Sequence record: SRR2962707_1740 | Reading direction: 5' to 3' (one strand) | Length of the DNA stretch: 62,760 nucleotides | In this document: positions 32,304 to 46,713 of the stretch, piece after piece | Position numbering within the stretch: position 1 is the first letter of the stretch | How the letters are laid out: every line of letters begins with the position of its first letter | Notes under the pieces: model-generated | Database searches by the model: none | Seen by the model: the letters and a program-made list of their open reading frames with translations, nothing else | Told to the model about the DNA's origin: nothing | Program-made: the position numbers and the translations under genes

Positions 32304-33167
32304 ATGAGTGAAGACCGATCGAGTAACTCCAACGATCATAAATCTTGGTTTGAGCGATTAGCGCAAGCGTTTCATGACGAGCCTCGTAGCCGAGAAGACA
32401 TCGTCAAGCTACTAGAAACGGCGGTAAAGTCCGATGTTATCGACCGCGATGCCTTTACTATTGTAGAGGGTGCTTTAGAAGTATCTGAAGTACAGGCCCG
32501 TGACATTATGATTCCACCTTCTCAGATGGTGATCATCAAATCCGAAGACGATCCAAAAACCTCGATTCGAAAAGTCATCGATTCTTCCCACTCTCGCTTT
32601 CCTGTGGTGGGCGAAGAGCCGGATGAAATTCTGGGTGTACTGCTTGCGAAAGACCTCTTGCCTTTGCTGTTTAAAGAAGAAGACATTGTGCTGGACGACA
32701 TTATGTCGCGTTTACGTCCGGCCAACTTCATCCCAGAAAGCAAGCGCCTCAATGTATTATTGAATGACTTTCGAACCAAACGCTACCACATGGCCTTGGT
32801 ACTCGACGAATACGGCAGCGTGTCTGGCTTAGTCACCATCGAAGATGTGTTAGAACAAATTGTTGGTGAAATCGAAGACGAAACAGACCGCTTAGAAAAC
32901 GAAGACATTCAAACCACGGAAGACAGCAATGTGTTCCTAGTACCAGCCTTGTGCACCATTGAAGACTTTAACGAATTTTTCAAAGTGGACTTGAGCGAAG
33001 AAGAGTTCGATACCGTTGGAGGCATTCTGGTACAGCAATTTGGCCATGTGCCCGTTCGCGGCGAAGAAATCACCTTCAACCAGCTGCATTTCCATGTGTT
33101 GAAATCAGATGGTCGCCGAGTGAAAACCATACAAGTCTCCACCCCTACAGAAGAATCAATGGAATAA
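32304..33167 (+). CDS. corC: CBS-domain Mg/Co transport protein CorC
   Basis: HSRFPV, tandem CBS domains, EDVLEQIVGEIEDE. Confidence 0.92.
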   Translation: MSEDRSSNSNDHKSWFERLAQAFHDEPRSREDIVKLLETAVKSDVIDRDAFTIVEGALEVSEVQARDIMIPPSQMVIIKSEDDPKTSIRKVIDSSHSRFPVVGEEPDEILGVLLAKDLLPLLFKEEDIVLDDIMSRLRPANFIPESKRLNVLLNDFRTKRYHMALVLDEYGSVSGLVTIEDVLEQIVGEIEDETDRLENEDIQTTEDSNVFLVPALCTIEDFNEFFKVDLSEEEFDTVGGILVQQFGHVPVRGEEITFNQLHFHVLKSDGRRVKTIQVSTPTEESME

Positions 33168-33168
33168 T

Positions 33169-34770
33169 ATGTCCGACCGCCTCCCCGACTTAACCACTAA
33201 AGCGGGGCGGAAACGCCCTTCTGCGTTAAAAAACCGCTCACCGTATATTGTTTTTATTATCGGTTTATTGGCGGGTGCTTTGGGAGTAACCAGCTTTGCT
33301 CCCTTCAATTTTTGGCCTAGCTACTTTGTCACCCTGATGGTCTTCGCGACCTTAATTTTGTCCAGTTCGACGGCGAAATCGGCGTTTTGGCGAGGCACCT
33401 CGGTTGGCTTAGGTTTCTTTGGCGCGGGCGTGTCTTGGGTCTTTGTCAGCATTGACACCTATGGTCAAGTGGGCGACATTGCTTCTGCTCTGATTACGTT
33501 TTTATTTGTCTTAGTCGTCACGCTTTTTTGGTCCGTATCCGGCTGGCTGTCTTGGCGTTTAATTCAACGTTTTAAACACATCTCACCGGCTTTGTTGATC
33601 GCCTTTAGTTTATTGCTTGGCGAATTTGCCCGTAGCCATTTATTCACCGGTTTCCCATGGCTCTTACCTGGCTATGCCATACAGGAAACTTGGCTGTTCG
33701 AATTACTGCCAATTGGCGGTATTTGGCTGACCAGCGCTGTGGTGGTACTGACCGCCTGCCTGATTCCCGGACGCTTGTTTAGCAACCATAATCACATTGC
33801 TTTGATCATGGCGGTGCTGTTCACCTGGTCTGCCGGCTTGTATTTGCATTACTTCCCTGAAAAATGGGTCTCGCAAACAGGCTCAATCAAAACCACCTTG
33901 GTGCAAGGCAATGTTCCACAAGAACTAAAATGGCAACAAAGTACCGCCGCCAGCTCATTGGCGTATTATGAAAAAGCCACCAGAGAACATTTGGACAGTG
34001 ATTTGGTCGTTTGGCCAGAAACCGCCATCACCTATTTTTATCACGAAGTTCGCCCTTTCTTAAGCCCATTAAGAAAGCAACTGGCAGACACTAAAACCAC
34101 CTTAATTACTGGTGTGCCGGATTACCAAGCCGACACAAAAACCTACTACAACGCGATGTGGGCGACGGGTAATGGCTTTGGTCTTTACTACAAACGTCAC
34201 CTAGTACCGTTTGGCGAATACATCCCTCTCGCGTCAATCGTGGGGCCTATTTTAGACATCTTTGGCATGCCGATGTCGTCTTTCTCTCCAGGGGACAGCA
34301 ACCAGCCAACACTGCAAGTGGGCGAATGGGCCGCGGCGCCTTTCATCTGCTATGAAATTGTGTACCCAGAACAGGTTCGCCGTTTAGTTCGCGACAGTGA
34401 CTTCCTAATCACCATCAGTAACGATGCTTGGTTTGGCGCGTCCATTGGTCCGTGGCAACACTTGCAGATCGCGCGCTTTAGGGCCAAGGAATCAGGGCGT
34501 TACTTGATTCGTGCGACCAACACAGGTGTGTCGGCGATCATTGATCAAAATGGCGACATTGTGGCCGAAGCGAAACAGTTTAAAAGAACCACTCTCACCT
34601 CCACCGTGAAGACCTTTAGTGGTATCACGCCTTATGTCCAATGGGGTTACTGGCCTGTGCTCTTACTGCTGCTGATCACCTTTATCCTCTCTTATAGCAG
34701 CAACAAGGCTTTGAGCAAAAAACGCATCGACGAGAAGAAGAGTCTATTGAAGAAGCGACTTTACCAATAA
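33169..34770 (+). CDS. lnt: Apolipoprotein N-acyltransferase
   Basis: TGFPW, QGNV, WPETA, KRHLVPFGEY, ICYE, SNDAWFG. Confidence 0.95.
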   Translation: MSDRLPDLTTKAGRKRPSALKNRSPYIVFIIGLLAGALGVTSFAPFNFWPSYFVTLMVFATLILSSSTAKSAFWRGTSVGLGFFGAGVSWVFVSIDTYGQVGDIASALITFLFVLVVTLFWSVSGWLSWRLIQRFKHISPALLIAFSLLLGEFARSHLFTGFPWLLPGYAIQETWLFELLPIGGIWLTSAVVVLTACLIPGRLFSNHNHIALIMAVLFTWSAGLYLHYFPEKWVSQTGSIKTTLVQGNVPQELKWQQSTAASSLAYYEKATREHLDSDLVVWPETAITYFYHEVRPFLSPLRKQLADTKTTLITGVPDYQADTKTYYNAMWATGNGFGLYYKRHLVPFGEYIPLASIVGPILDIFGMPMSSFSPGDSNQPTLQVGEWAAAPFICYEIVYPEQVRRLVRDSDFLITISNDAWFGASIGPWQHLQIARFRAKESGRYLIRATNTGVSAIIDQNGDIVAEAKQFKRTTLTSTVKTFSGITPYVQWGYWPVLLLLLITFILSYSSNKALSKKRIDEKKSLLKKRLYQ

Positions 34771-34777
34771 GTCGCGC

Positions 34778-34820
34778 TTTCATCGCAAGTAAAAAAGGAA
34801 TTAGGTTACTTGCGATGAAA
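34778..34820. terminator. Inverted repeat between convergent lnt and the zinc-ribbon gene
   Basis: TTTCATCGCAAGTAA...TTACTTGCGATGAAA perfect 15-bp arms. Confidence 0.7.
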
Positions 34821-34866
34821 ACATTAGGTCTATCAAGCAATTAGATAGGGTAAGAAAACCACCTGC

Positions 34867-35289
34867 TTAATGGGTCGACAACAACCCGTAGTGGCACACT
34901 TCACAGGTTTCTAACGGGCCATCTTGCGCCAAGGTATTATCGTGGCCACAAGACATACAGTGATACACACCCGCTTTCGCTTGCTCTCCGGCCACATGAC
35001 ACTCTTCGAGTGGCACAGGATTATTGTTCGCGTGATTGATTAACCACAACAAGGCGGCGTCTTCTTTCTCGTCCAGCTCTTCGACAAAATCATGACCTTC
35101 GTCTAGAATCAAATGCCAATTGGCATCAACCCATGCTTCGGTATAGCCCATCTTATCGTGCCAATAAGCTTTCATAAGCGACACGTCGTCTAATAGCCAA
35201 TCCTTAGCCCCTTGCAATGTCTTACGAGCTTCTTCAACCAAATCCGTGTTGTTTTGCTCATTTGCGTGATCTTTTTTCATTGTTTTCAT
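34867..35289 (-). CDS. Zinc-ribbon protein (YbeL/DUF1451-like)
   Basis: GEQAKAGVYHCMSCG...CEVC; located next to leuS. Confidence 0.7.
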   Translation of the reverse strand: MKTMKKDHANEQNNTDLVEEARKTLQGAKDWLLDDVSLMKAYWHDKMGYTEAWVDANWHLILDEGHDFVEELDEKEDAALLWLINHANNNPVPLEECHVAGEQAKAGVYHCMSCGHDNTLAQDGPLETCEVCHYGLLSTH

Positions 35290-35459
35290 AACTCCTCTTC
35301 TATGTGCCTTCTCATTAGAGCTCCATCTCTATAAAATAGCGAATATTCTTAGACTCTGTTGGGCTCTACGCAAACATTTAGTGCATTTCTTCTCTTTTCC
35401 TTAGTTAGAGAGGCAATTGTGTAGACAAGGCCAACCTAACGCCTATTACGGGACCATAA

Positions 35460-37913
<2,454 letters not shown>

Positions 37914-37969
37914 TGCGCTTAACAGGGATGGCGCTGCCATCCCTTTTCATTCTTGCCGAATAAGAGATC

Positions 37970-38494
37970 ATGGCCATGCTAGTATCATTTAACAAAACGA
38001 CCCGTTATTTTTTCCTTGCCCTCATCGCCATGAGCGTTACTGCTTGCGGCTTTCACTTACGTGGACAAGTCGCAATACCACAAGCACTGAAAACCATCAC
38101 CCTAACCTCAGACGCAAAATCCAATACCTTTAATACTTCGTTACGTATTGCCTTGTCGCGCGCTGGCGTTAACGTGGTCGACCCTAAAGACGCTGGTGAT
38201 GATGTATTAGAACTCAAAGTAAACGCCATAACGACTTCGGATACTGTGTTGGCGCGTAACTCGTCAAACGACATTACCCAAATCGAGCGTCGCATGAGCA
38301 CCAGCTATTTTATTCGCCAAGAAGATGGCAAGTCGCTGTACGGTCCTCGTACCGTCAGCACTAGCAAAACCTTGTCGAATCAGAACTCAGAAGAAAGTAC
38401 CAAAGCGGCTTACAATCAATCAAAAGAAGAAGACATGAGCGAAGAGCTTGCCAATCAATTGATCTATGATTTAGGCTACGCGCCCCTTAAATAA
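37970..38494 (+). CDS. lptE: LPS assembly lipoprotein LptE
   Basis: Lipobox TACGFHLRG; leuS-lptE-holA synteny. Confidence 0.88.
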   Translation: MAMLVSFNKTTRYFFLALIAMSVTACGFHLRGQVAIPQALKTITLTSDAKSNTFNTSLRIALSRAGVNVVDPKDAGDDVLELKVNAITTSDTVLARNSSNDITQIERRMSTSYFIRQEDGKSLYGPRTVSTSKTLSNQNSEESTKAAYNQSKEEDMSEELANQLIYDLGYAPLK

Positions 38495-38517
38495 GCTCGC
38501 CAACAGGCTAATCACTG

Positions 38518-39552
38518 ATGAAAGTAAGAGCAGATCAACTGCCTCAGCAGCTTAATAAAAACCTCGCGCCCCTGTATATTATTTCGGGGGACGAGGTGTT
38601 ACTGATCCAAGAAGCCGCCGATAGCATTCGTCGTGCAGCGCAACAAGCAGGCATCAGTGAACGCCTTAGATTTGTCGCCGACGCGCAATTTGATTGGCAA
38701 GATGTGATCAATGAAAACCAGAGTTTGTCGTTGTTTTCCAATCAACGTTTGTTTGATATTCAAATAGATAAGATGGGCGAGAAACACACCAAAGCCCTCG
38801 CTCAACTGGCGCAGTCTCTCACGCCTGATAACACCATATTACTCACTTTACCCAAGATAGACGCTCGCACCCAAAAGGCAAAATGGTTCACACAACTGGA
38901 ATCCCAGGGCGTGTTTGTCCAAATTTGGCCAGTGGACGCCAGCCGCCTGCCAGCGTGGGTCCAACAACGGGCTCAAGCGCTCAACTTATCCTTGAGCCGA
39001 GACGCCGCAAGCATCATTTGTGAACGCGGAGAAGGCAACTTATTAGCCCTTTCCCAAGAGCTTGAGAAGCTGGTATTACTGCATGGCGCTGGCACTAAAA
39101 TAGACGCAGAAAAGGTCGCCGAGTCGGTGGCCGACAGCAGTCGTTATTCGATTTATGATTTAAGCGATCGCTTATTAATGGGCAAAACCAAAGACGCCAT
39201 GCATTGCTTAAGCCAGCTCATTGGCGAAGGGGTCGAACCCAACATTATTCTCTGGTTATTTAACCGCGAGGCACAAACCCTTGTGGATTTATTACACGCC
39301 ATGAGCTCGTCCAGTTTACGCCAAGCCTGCCAAGCCCAAAGAATTTGGGATAAGCGCATCCCTTTTTATGAAAGCGCCATGTCTCGTCATAACCAAGGCA
39401 CGCTGCCCTATTTGCAAAATTACCTAGCCTTGATGGATCAACGCATCAAAGGCCTCGACGGCCCTGATTTAGAAGTGGGATTTCGCAATTTGGTCATGAT
39501 GTTTTGTGGTTTCAAGCCCGTTATGACTGAGTTAGATCTGCCCGCCTACTAA
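38518..39552 (+). CDS. holA: DNA polymerase III delta subunit
   Basis: LAPLYIISGDE, SLSLFS, EGNLLALSQELEKL. Confidence 0.93.
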   Translation: MKVRADQLPQQLNKNLAPLYIISGDEVLLIQEAADSIRRAAQQAGISERLRFVADAQFDWQDVINENQSLSLFSNQRLFDIQIDKMGEKHTKALAQLAQSLTPDNTILLTLPKIDARTQKAKWFTQLESQGVFVQIWPVDASRLPAWVQQRAQALNLSLSRDAASIICERGEGNLLALSQELEKLVLLHGAGTKIDAEKVAESVADSSRYSIYDLSDRLLMGKTKDAMHCLSQLIGEGVEPNIILWLFNREAQTLVDLLHAMSSSSLRQACQAQRIWDKRIPFYESAMSRHNQGTLPYLQNYLALMDQRIKGLDGPDLEVGFRNLVMMFCGFKPVMTELDLPAY

Positions 39553-39581
39553 CAAGGCGGTGCGATCTAACGTCTTCGTAA

Positions 39582-41042
39582 TCAGACCTCTTTGAGGCTT
39601 TTATTTAATGCCTTTAAACGCGTAAAACTCAGTATAATGGCTAACATTGTCGCCGTTACAGCCACCCAAAGGCTGACTCTTACACCCTGAGCTTCCATCT
39701 GTAGATGCGCCGATTCACCATGGCTAGACAACGCATACTGCGCCAAAATAACCCCAACAAGAGCCCCGCCTAAACACTGTCCAAAGGTTCTCATAATTGC
39801 CAGTACGCCTGATGCGTAACCGCTGTTTTCCCGCGACACATTCGACAACAACTCACGATTATTCGGGCTTTGAAAACAGCCAAAGCCAATACCACACAAT
39901 AAGCTGCGAAAGCCTATGTCCCAGATGGACGCGTTGGCTGGCAATAACGCCAATAATGCGATGCCCAGCATAAAAATACACAAACCAATCGTTGATACCA
40001 AAGCCGCAGAATAGCGGTCCGCAAACTTGCCCGCTTGAGGCGCGGCTAAAATAATGCCCACAGGCCAAGGCGTAAAAAGCAATGCTGAGGCAAATGCACT
40101 GTAGCCATAGACATTCTGAAACAGAAAAGGCAATGCAATAAAAATGATCCCCTGACTGACAAAAGAAGACAGCGACGTTAAAGCCGCCAATGAAAAGCGT
40201 GTCGATGAAAAGATAACCAAAGGCAGCAGCGGTTTCGCCACACGCTTCTGTCGTCGAAAGAAGAGTACGCCAGCAACAACAGACACCACGGCATAGAGTA
40301 GAGCAGTGAATAAGGTATCCGTCGATATGCCGCCCTCGCCCGCTTGGGAAAAACTATTGGCGGTCATAATAAAGGCCCCCAGCATAACGGCCGACAACAC
40401 GCCGCCTAGAACATCAAAAGACTCACGCTCATTCGTTTGCTTGCGAGGCATCGCGCGCTGCGTGAGCAACAAAGCCGTCAGGCCAAACGGCACATTAATC
40501 ACAAACAACCACTGCCAGCTCAATGTTGAAATCAGTGTGCCACCAAATACCGGGGCAATGGCCGTTATCGTGGCGATCAACAATGCATTCGCGCCGAGTA
40601 TTCGTCCCAACAAACGATTGGGAAAAATAGACCTGAGTATCGCGGGAGCAATACTTAATACCGCAGCAGCACCAACACCTTGCAGCAGGCGCATGCCCAC
40701 CAACATAGGCAAGGATGTGGATAAAGCACAACCTAATGACGCCAAGGTAAACACACTCAACCCCATGGTAAATTGCACACGAAAGCCTACTTGCTTAACA
40801 AACGCCGCAAAAATGGCCAAAAACATCGCCGTCGACAACAAATAACTATTGGATATCAAGACCGCATCACTGGACGAAATGGCCAACGAGCGAGCAATCT
40901 GTGGCAAAGCAATATTGACCATTGAGCCATCAAACACCGCCATGGACGTTGTCGTCATTACCGCAAGCATTGCTAAACAGCGCTCTCGCCCCTTTAAACC
41001 TTCATCTCCAGGCTTGTCTGAAAATAATTCCATATAAACCAT
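39582..41042 (-). CDS. MFS transporter, 14-TMS DHA2-like
   Basis: DGSMVNIALP, RLLQGVG, WLFVINVPFG, FQSPNN; start 41042 or 41051. Confidence 0.9.
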   Translation of the reverse strand: MVYMELFSDKPGDEGLKGRERCLAMLAVMTTTSMAVFDGSMVNIALPQIARSLAISSSDAVLISNSYLLSTAMFLAIFAAFVKQVGFRVQFTMGLSVFTLASLGCALSTSLPMLVGMRLLQGVGAAAVLSIAPAILRSIFPNRLLGRILGANALLIATITAIAPVFGGTLISTLSWQWLFVINVPFGLTALLLTQRAMPRKQTNERESFDVLGGVLSAVMLGAFIMTANSFSQAGEGGISTDTLFTALLYAVVSVVAGVLFFRRQKRVAKPLLPLVIFSSTRFSLAALTSLSSFVSQGIIFIALPFLFQNVYGYSAFASALLFTPWPVGIILAAPQAGKFADRYSAALVSTIGLCIFMLGIALLALLPANASIWDIGFRSLLCGIGFGCFQSPNNRELLSNVSRENSGYASGVLAIMRTFGQCLGGALVGVILAQYALSSHGESAHLQMEAQGVRVSLWVAVTATMLAIILSFTRLKALNKSLKEV

Positions 41043-41068
41043 CGCTCCCACGCATGCCTTGTATTTGA

Positions 41069-41085
41069 ACTCATTGTAAATGAGT
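41069..41085. promoter_or_regulatory. Palindromic operator candidate between divergent MFS and oxygenase genes
   Basis: ACTCATT-GTA-AATGAGT. Confidence 0.35.
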
Positions 41086-41232
41086 CGCAGTATAAGCGTT
41101 CAAGAAGCAACTCAAAAGACTGAATTCAAACCGCAGGGTAGCGGTGGACTTCATTTATTCTCTTAGCCTGTTATCATGCGCCATTCTCATGCACCACTTT
41201 TACGACACTCTTAAGTTACTAGGCAGAATAGA

Positions 41233-41892
41233 ATGAACGATGAATCCATTATCTTAGAAGAACTCAATGTCTGGAACACGCCTTTGTTTGTGAGCCAGCT
41301 ACCAGACCATGAGTTTTTAAAAGAGGCACTGCTGGATTTGATCTATCAACAAAAAGCCGCACAAAAAACGGCGATTGATAGCCTAATCGCCCCAACAGCA
41401 AAACACGCCATGCACGAAAGTACGTTGGATTTTCTAGATCAAGAAGACCCGACTGTGATGGAAACCAAACGTATTTTAGAAGAATTAACGTTAGAAGTGG
41501 CTGCCAGCTTAAACCATTCATTCTGGCCTGAAGACGCCAACGCAGACGCACACATTATTGAGTCTTGGTATCACGTCACGCAAAAAGGCGGTTACCATGA
41601 TGTGCACTCGCACCCAAACTGCTCTTGGTGTGGCATTTATTATCTAGAACCTGGCGATGCGTCGAGCGCAGGCAATGGTGGCTTAAATCGTTTTTATGAC
41701 CCTCGCGTCAACGCCGAACATTATGCGGATCCAGGCACCGCCTACTTAGGCGCTCAAGGGGTATGGGACTTTACACCTGTCGAAGGTCAAATTGTGTTTT
41801 TCCCTTCGTATTTGAAACACTCGGCTCTGCCCTATTTTGGCGACAAAGACCGAGTAGTGATTGCCTTTAATAGCATCATAGAAGTGTATTAA
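41233..41892 (+). CDS. 2OG-Fe(II) oxygenase superfamily protein (TIGR02466-like)
   Basis: HSHPNCSWCGIYY, FYDPR, FPSYLKHS, RVVIAFN. Confidence 0.8.
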   Translation: MNDESIILEELNVWNTPLFVSQLPDHEFLKEALLDLIYQQKAAQKTAIDSLIAPTAKHAMHESTLDFLDQEDPTVMETKRILEELTLEVAASLNHSFWPEDANADAHIIESWYHVTQKGGYHDVHSHPNCSWCGIYYLEPGDASSAGNGGLNRFYDPRVNAEHYADPGTAYLGAQGVWDFTPVEGQIVFFPSYLKHSALPYFGDKDRVVIAFNSIIEVY

Positions 41893-41906
41893 TAAGGCAC
41901 CTGCGT

Positions 41907-43427
41907 TCAATCTTCTTGGCCGCAGGTGTAGGTTTGCACTAATCCCTCTTTACCCCAAGACTCTAAACGCACCTCAAAGCCCCAGAGTCGACGGAAATGC
42001 TTCATGACTTCGACCGTGTCTTCATTTAACGGACGGTCGCCATCCATCACATGACGCAACACCAAGCTTCTGTCTTCGTTAATATTGACTCTTTGTACCT
42101 GAATATTCGGTTCGCGGTAACTCAGGTTATATTGCTGAGACAAACGCTCTCGTAACTTTTGATAGCCTTCGTCATTGTGAATTTCTTTAACCTCAACAAA
42201 GGGGTCCAGCACGTCGTTTTCCATGCCAAAGAAGCGAAATTCACGCATCAACTTAGGTGACAAATACTGCAGAATAAAACTTTCGTCTTTAAAATTGCGC
42301 ATGGCAAAATCCAGCACCTCAAGCCAGTTTTTGTCCACGATATCAGGGAACCAGCGACGGTCTTCTTCTGTGGGCTTTTCACACATTCGCTTAATATCAG
42401 AATACATAGCAAACCCCAGAGCGTAAGGGTTAATGCCCGAATAGTAAGGCGAATCAAAGCCCGGCTGATACACCACACTGGTGTGTGATTGCAGAAACTC
42501 TAAGATAAAGCCATCGTCCACCAGCCCTTTGTCGTACAAAGTATTCATCAGGGTGTAATGCCAAAACGACGCCCAGCCTTCGTTCATCACTTGGGTCTGG
42601 CGCTGAGGGTAAAAATACTGAGCCATTTTACGCACAATGCGAATCAACTCTCGTTGCCAAGGACGCAGTAAAGGCGCGTGTTTTTCTAAAAAGTAGAGCA
42701 GATTTTCTTGCGGCTCAGAGGGAAAAATCCGTTCTTTTCGAATCGCCGCCTCCTCCTTATCCAACGTAGGAATCGTGCGCCACAAATCGTTTACCTGTTG
42801 TTGCAAAACACGCTCACGCTCCTCCTGTCGAGAACGTTCTTCTTCTGCTGAAAGCGGCACCGGACGCTTATAACGATCCACCCCAAAGTTCATCAAGGCA
42901 TGGCAAGAATCCAGCGTGAGCTCCACTTCTTCTATGCCATATTTCTCTTCACACTCTTGAACGTATTTTTTAGCAAAAACGAGATAATCAATGATCGCCG
43001 TGGCATCGGTCCAGGTTTTAAACAGGTAATTACCTTTGAAAAAAGAGTTGTGCCCATAACACGCATGGGAGATGACCAAGGCTTGCATCATCATATTGTT
43101 CTCTTCCATCAGATAGGCAATACAAGGCGATGAATTGATCACGATTTCATAAGCCAGCCCCATGCGGCCACGCTTATAGTTTTGCTCGACTTCTAAAAAC
43201 TGCTTGCCATAGGACCAGTGGTGATACCCTAACGGCATACCAACGGACGCATAGGCATCCATCATTTGTTCAGAGCTGATGATTTCAATTTGATTTGGAT
43301 AGGTGTCTAAACCAAACTCCTTGGCTATTTTACCTATCTCTTGCTCGTATTTTTGCACCAATTCAAAAGACCATTCTGGCCCTTCGGATAAAAAGTGACG
43401 CTTCGCTTTACTGGCCGCTTGACTCAT
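41907..43427 (-). CDS. ycgB: SpoVR family protein
   Basis: [32 protein letters not shown] 43427 with AAGGAGG RBS. Confidence 0.94.
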   Translation of the reverse strand: MSQAASKAKRHFLSEGPEWSFELVQKYEQEIGKIAKEFGLDTYPNQIEIISSEQMMDAYASVGMPLGYHHWSYGKQFLEVEQNYKRGRMGLAYEIVINSSPCIAYLMEENNMMMQALVISHACYGHNSFFKGNYLFKTWTDATAIIDYLVFAKKYVQECEEKYGIEEVELTLDSCHALMNFGVDRYKRPVPLSAEEERSRQEERERVLQQQVNDLWRTIPTLDKEEAAIRKERIFPSEPQENLLYFLEKHAPLLRPWQRELIRIVRKMAQYFYPQRQTQVMNEGWASFWHYTLMNTLYDKGLVDDGFILEFLQSHTSVVYQPGFDSPYYSGINPYALGFAMYSDIKRMCEKPTEEDRRWFPDIVDKNWLEVLDFAMRNFKDESFILQYLSPKLMREFRFFGMENDVLDPFVEVKEIHNDEGYQKLRERLSQQYNLSYREPNIQVQRVNINEDRSLVLRHVMDGDRPLNEDTVEVMKHFRRLWGFEVRLESWGKEGLVQTYTCGQED

Positions 43428-44700
43428 TTTGCCTCCTTTGGAACAAGTCCCGGAAAACAGGGTAAATATCGCCAACATCGGTTATATGCCGCATTGAAAA
43501 GTACTTAGGATGCGCATTTTGCACCTGTTCATAGGAGTACCACAAACTTTGATGCTCGCGTGGGGTAATTTCTATATAGGTAAAATACTGTACTTTATCG
43601 ACAATGCTGTCTTCTAAAATCTTACGACAGGTAGTCGAATCGTCATCCCAATTATCGCCATCTGACGCTTGAGCAGCATAGATGTTCCACGCATCCGATG
43701 GGTAACGATCAGCTATAATTTTGTCCATCAAGGTCAGGGCACTGGAGACAATGGTGCCGCCGGTTTCACGAGAATAAAAGAACTCCTCTTCGGTCACTTC
43801 TTTCGCGCTGGTGTGATGACGGATAAACACCACGTCTATTTTTTCGTAGTTCCGACGCAAGAAAAGATACAAGAGAATAAAGAATCGCTTGGCAATATTC
43901 TTTGTTTCTTGGGTCATTGAACCAGACACATCCATCACACAAAACATCACCGCTTGGCTGCTGGGTTTGGGCTCTTTTATATGATGGTTGTATCGCAGAT
44001 CATAAGTATCCAAAAATGGCGTACGCGCGATTTTCTGCTCCAGCAAGGCGACCTGTTCTTCTAGCTCGGCCATTCTTACCTGATCGCGTAACGACACATC
44101 CAATGCCATCAGGCGCTCAATCTCGCCCTCAACTTCTTTAAGCTGACGCCTTGCCCCACCACTCATCACAATGCGCCGTGCATAAGCATTACGCATAGAC
44201 CGCACTATGTTTAATTTAGACGGTGTGCCATCACTGACAATGCCGGCGTGCTTCAAAGAATACTCTTTGATTTCCTTAAGCTCTTTCTTCAATAAATTAG
44301 GCAACGCCAAATCTTCAAAGACGTAATCGAGAAACTCTTCTTGGGATATTTGGAAAACGAAGTCGTCTTCCCCTTCCCCCGTATTACTCGCATCGCCATT
44401 ACCGGCACCACCCGCGCCACCGCCACGTGGTTTAGGTATGCGGTCACCGGTTGAAAACTCTTTATTACCAGGATGAACAATGGAGCCCTTTCCACCAACA
44501 CCATGACCAAAAGTTGGCTCATGTATGTCTTTTTGTGGAATCGTAATTTTCTCACCACGGTCCAAATCCTTAATGCTGCGCTCGTTCACCGCCTCCTCAA
44601 CGGCTTTACGAATATGCTCACGGTAACGGCGTAAAAATCGTTGCCGATTCACACTGCTCTTATGCTTTCCGTTTAGGCGGCGGTCAATAATGTATGACAT
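43408..44700 (-). CDS. yeaH: YeaH/YhbH family protein
   Basis: [29 protein letters not shown]. Confidence 0.94.
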   Translation of the reverse strand: MSYIIDRRLNGKHKSSVNRQRFLRRYREHIRKAVEEAVNERSIKDLDRGEKITIPQKDIHEPTFGHGVGGKGSIVHPGNKEFSTGDRIPKPRGGGAGGAGNGDASNTGEGEDDFVFQISQEEFLDYVFEDLALPNLLKKELKEIKEYSLKHAGIVSDGTPSKLNIVRSMRNAYARRIVMSGGARRQLKEVEGEIERLMALDVSLRDQVRMAELEEQVALLEQKIARTPFLDTYDLRYNHHIKEPKPSSQAVMFCVMDVSGSMTQETKNIAKRFFILLYLFLRRNYEKIDVVFIRHHTSAKEVTEEEFFYSRETGGTIVSSALTLMDKIIADRYPSDAWNIYAAQASDGDNWDDDSTTCRKILEDSIVDKVQYFTYIEITPREHQSLWYSYEQVQNAHPKYFSMRHITDVGDIYPVFRDLFQRRQNESSGQ

Positions 44701-44790
44701 ACCCACCTCCTTTACTGATCAGACAGTACATCTTAGTCTTTCGCATAAACACCACCCGCCTCTTCGTTGGTACGACATCAATATGATTCT

Positions 44791-46713
44791 CTATTGAGAT
44801 TTACGGACGCGTAAGTACCACTCAGACAATAAGCGAACTTGTTTTTCGGTGTAGCCGCGCTCTACCATGCGCTTAACAAACTCATTGTGTTTGTTTTTGT
44901 CTTCACTAGACGATTTCGCACTGAATGAAATAACCGGTAATAGGTCTTCCGTGTTAGAAAACATTTTACGTTCAATCACGACTCTGAGTTTTTCATAACT
45001 TAACCAGCTTGGGTTTTTGCCATTGTTGTTGGCTTTGGCTCGAAGCACAAAGTTCACCACTTCATTTCGGAAGTCTTTAGGGTTACTGATGCCCGCGGGT
45101 TTTTCGATTTTTTCCAGTTCGTCATTGATAGACGAACGATCCAAAATATCGCCGGTTTCAGGGTCTCGGTATTCTTGATCTTGAATCCAAAAGTCCGCAT
45201 AAATCACATAACGATCGAAGATGTTTTGACCGTATTCTGAGTAAGATTCCAAATAAGCGGTTTGAATCTCTTTACCAATAAACTCCACATAACGAGGGGC
45301 AAGGTATTCTTTCAAAGCTCGTAGATAACGATCGTGACGATCCTGATCGAATTGCTCTTGCTCAATTTGTTGCTCTAGCACATACATTAAGTGCACAGGG
45401 TTAGCCGCCACTTCCGTCGGGTCAAAGTTAAACACTCGTGAGAGAATCTTGAACGCAAACCGCGTCGATAACCCATCCATGCCTTCATTCACCCCTGCGG
45501 CATCTTTGTACTCTTGTAAGGATTTCGCTTTAGGGTCGACGTCTTTCAAAGACTCCCCATCGTAAATGCGCATTTTCGAAAAAAGACTGGAATTCTCAGG
45601 CTCTTTTAGGCGGGACAACACAGAGAACTGTGCCAGCATTTTGAGCGTATCTGGCGCACAAGGAGAATGATGCAGCGAGCTGTGTTCCAGCAATTTCTGG
45701 TAGATGTGCATCTCTTCCGTTACTCGAGTACAGTAAGGCACCTTAACCGTGTACACCCGATCAATAAACGCCTCATTGGTTTTGTTGTTCTTAAAGGTTT
45801 GCCACTCAGACTCATTCGAGTGAGCGAGAATCAAACCATCAAAAGGGATCCCCCCCAAACCTTCGGTGCCGTTATAGTTACCCTCTTGCGTCGCGGTTAA
45901 CAAAGGGTGAAGGACTTTAATTGGCGCTTTAAACATTTCCACGAATTCCATAATGCCGCGGTTACCGCGACACAATCCGCCTGAATAGCTGTAAGCATCA
46001 GCGTCATTTTGTTCGAAATATTCCAACTTACGAATGTCGACCTTACCGACCAAGGCCGAAATATCTTGGTTGTTTTCATCCCCAGGCTCGGTTTTCGAGA
46101 TAGCGATTTGATTGAGCGCAGAAGGGTAAATTTTCACTACTTTGAACTCTTCAATATTACCGTTGAATTCTTTTAGCCGCTTCGTCGCCCAAGGAGACAT
46201 GGCGTTTTTCAGGTAGCGTTTTGGAATGCCGTATTCTTCTTGAAGAATGTCACCGTCTTCATTGACGTCAAACAAGGCCAACGGCGATTCAAACACCGGG
46301 GAGCCTTTGATGGCGTAAAACGGCACTGTCTGCATGAGTTCTTTTAATTTTTCCGCGAGGGAAGATTTACCGCCCCCCACAGGCCCTAAGAGATACAAAA
46401 CCTGTTTCGATTCTTCCAGGCCTTGAGCGGCATGAGTTAAGAAAGCCACAATTCGTTCAATGGCTTCTTCCATACCATAGAAATGCTCGAATGATGGGTA
46501 TCGCTTGATCAATTTATTGGAAAAGATTCGACTCATCCGCGTATCGCGGGATGTATCAATCACCTCAGGTTCACCAATGGCCATTAAAAGGCGCTCAGCC
46601 GAAGAAGCAAAAGCGGACGAATCCTGTTTGCATAAAGTGAGGTACTCAGAAAGAGACATTTCTTCTTCTTTTTGAGCGTCATAGCGAGATTGGATATGGT
46701 CAAAAATACTCAT
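44791..46713 (-). CDS. yeaG: PrkA-family serine kinase
   Basis: GPVGGGKSS, EFVEMFKAPIK, C-terminal WYLRVRKS. Confidence 0.96.
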   Translation of the reverse strand: MSIFDHIQSRYDAQKEEEMSLSEYLTLCKQDSSAFASSAERLLMAIGEPEVIDTSRDTRMSRIFSNKLIKRYPSFEHFYGMEEAIERIVAFLTHAAQGLEESKQVLYLLGPVGGGKSSLAEKLKELMQTVPFYAIKGSPVFESPLALFDVNEDGDILQEEYGIPKRYLKNAMSPWATKRLKEFNGNIEEFKVVKIYPSALNQIAISKTEPGDENNQDISALVGKVDIRKLEYFEQNDADAYSYSGGLCRGNRGIMEFVEMFKAPIKVLHPLLTATQEGNYNGTEGLGGIPFDGLILAHSNESEWQTFKNNKTNEAFIDRVYTVKVPYCTRVTEEMHIYQKLLEHSSLHHSPCAPDTLKMLAQFSVLSRLKEPENSSLFSKMRIYDGESLKDVDPKAKSLQEYKDAAGVNEGMDGLSTRFAFKILSRVFNFDPTEVAANPVHLMYVLEQQIEQEQFDQDRHDRYLRALKEYLAPRYVEFIGKEIQTAYLESYSEYGQNIFDRYVIYADFWIQDQEYRDPETGDILDRSSINDELEKIEKPAGISNPKDFRNEVVNFVLRAKANNNGKNPSWLSYEKLRVVIERKMFSNTEDLLPVISFSAKSSSEDKNKHNEFVKRMVERGYTEKQVRLLSEWYLRVRKSQ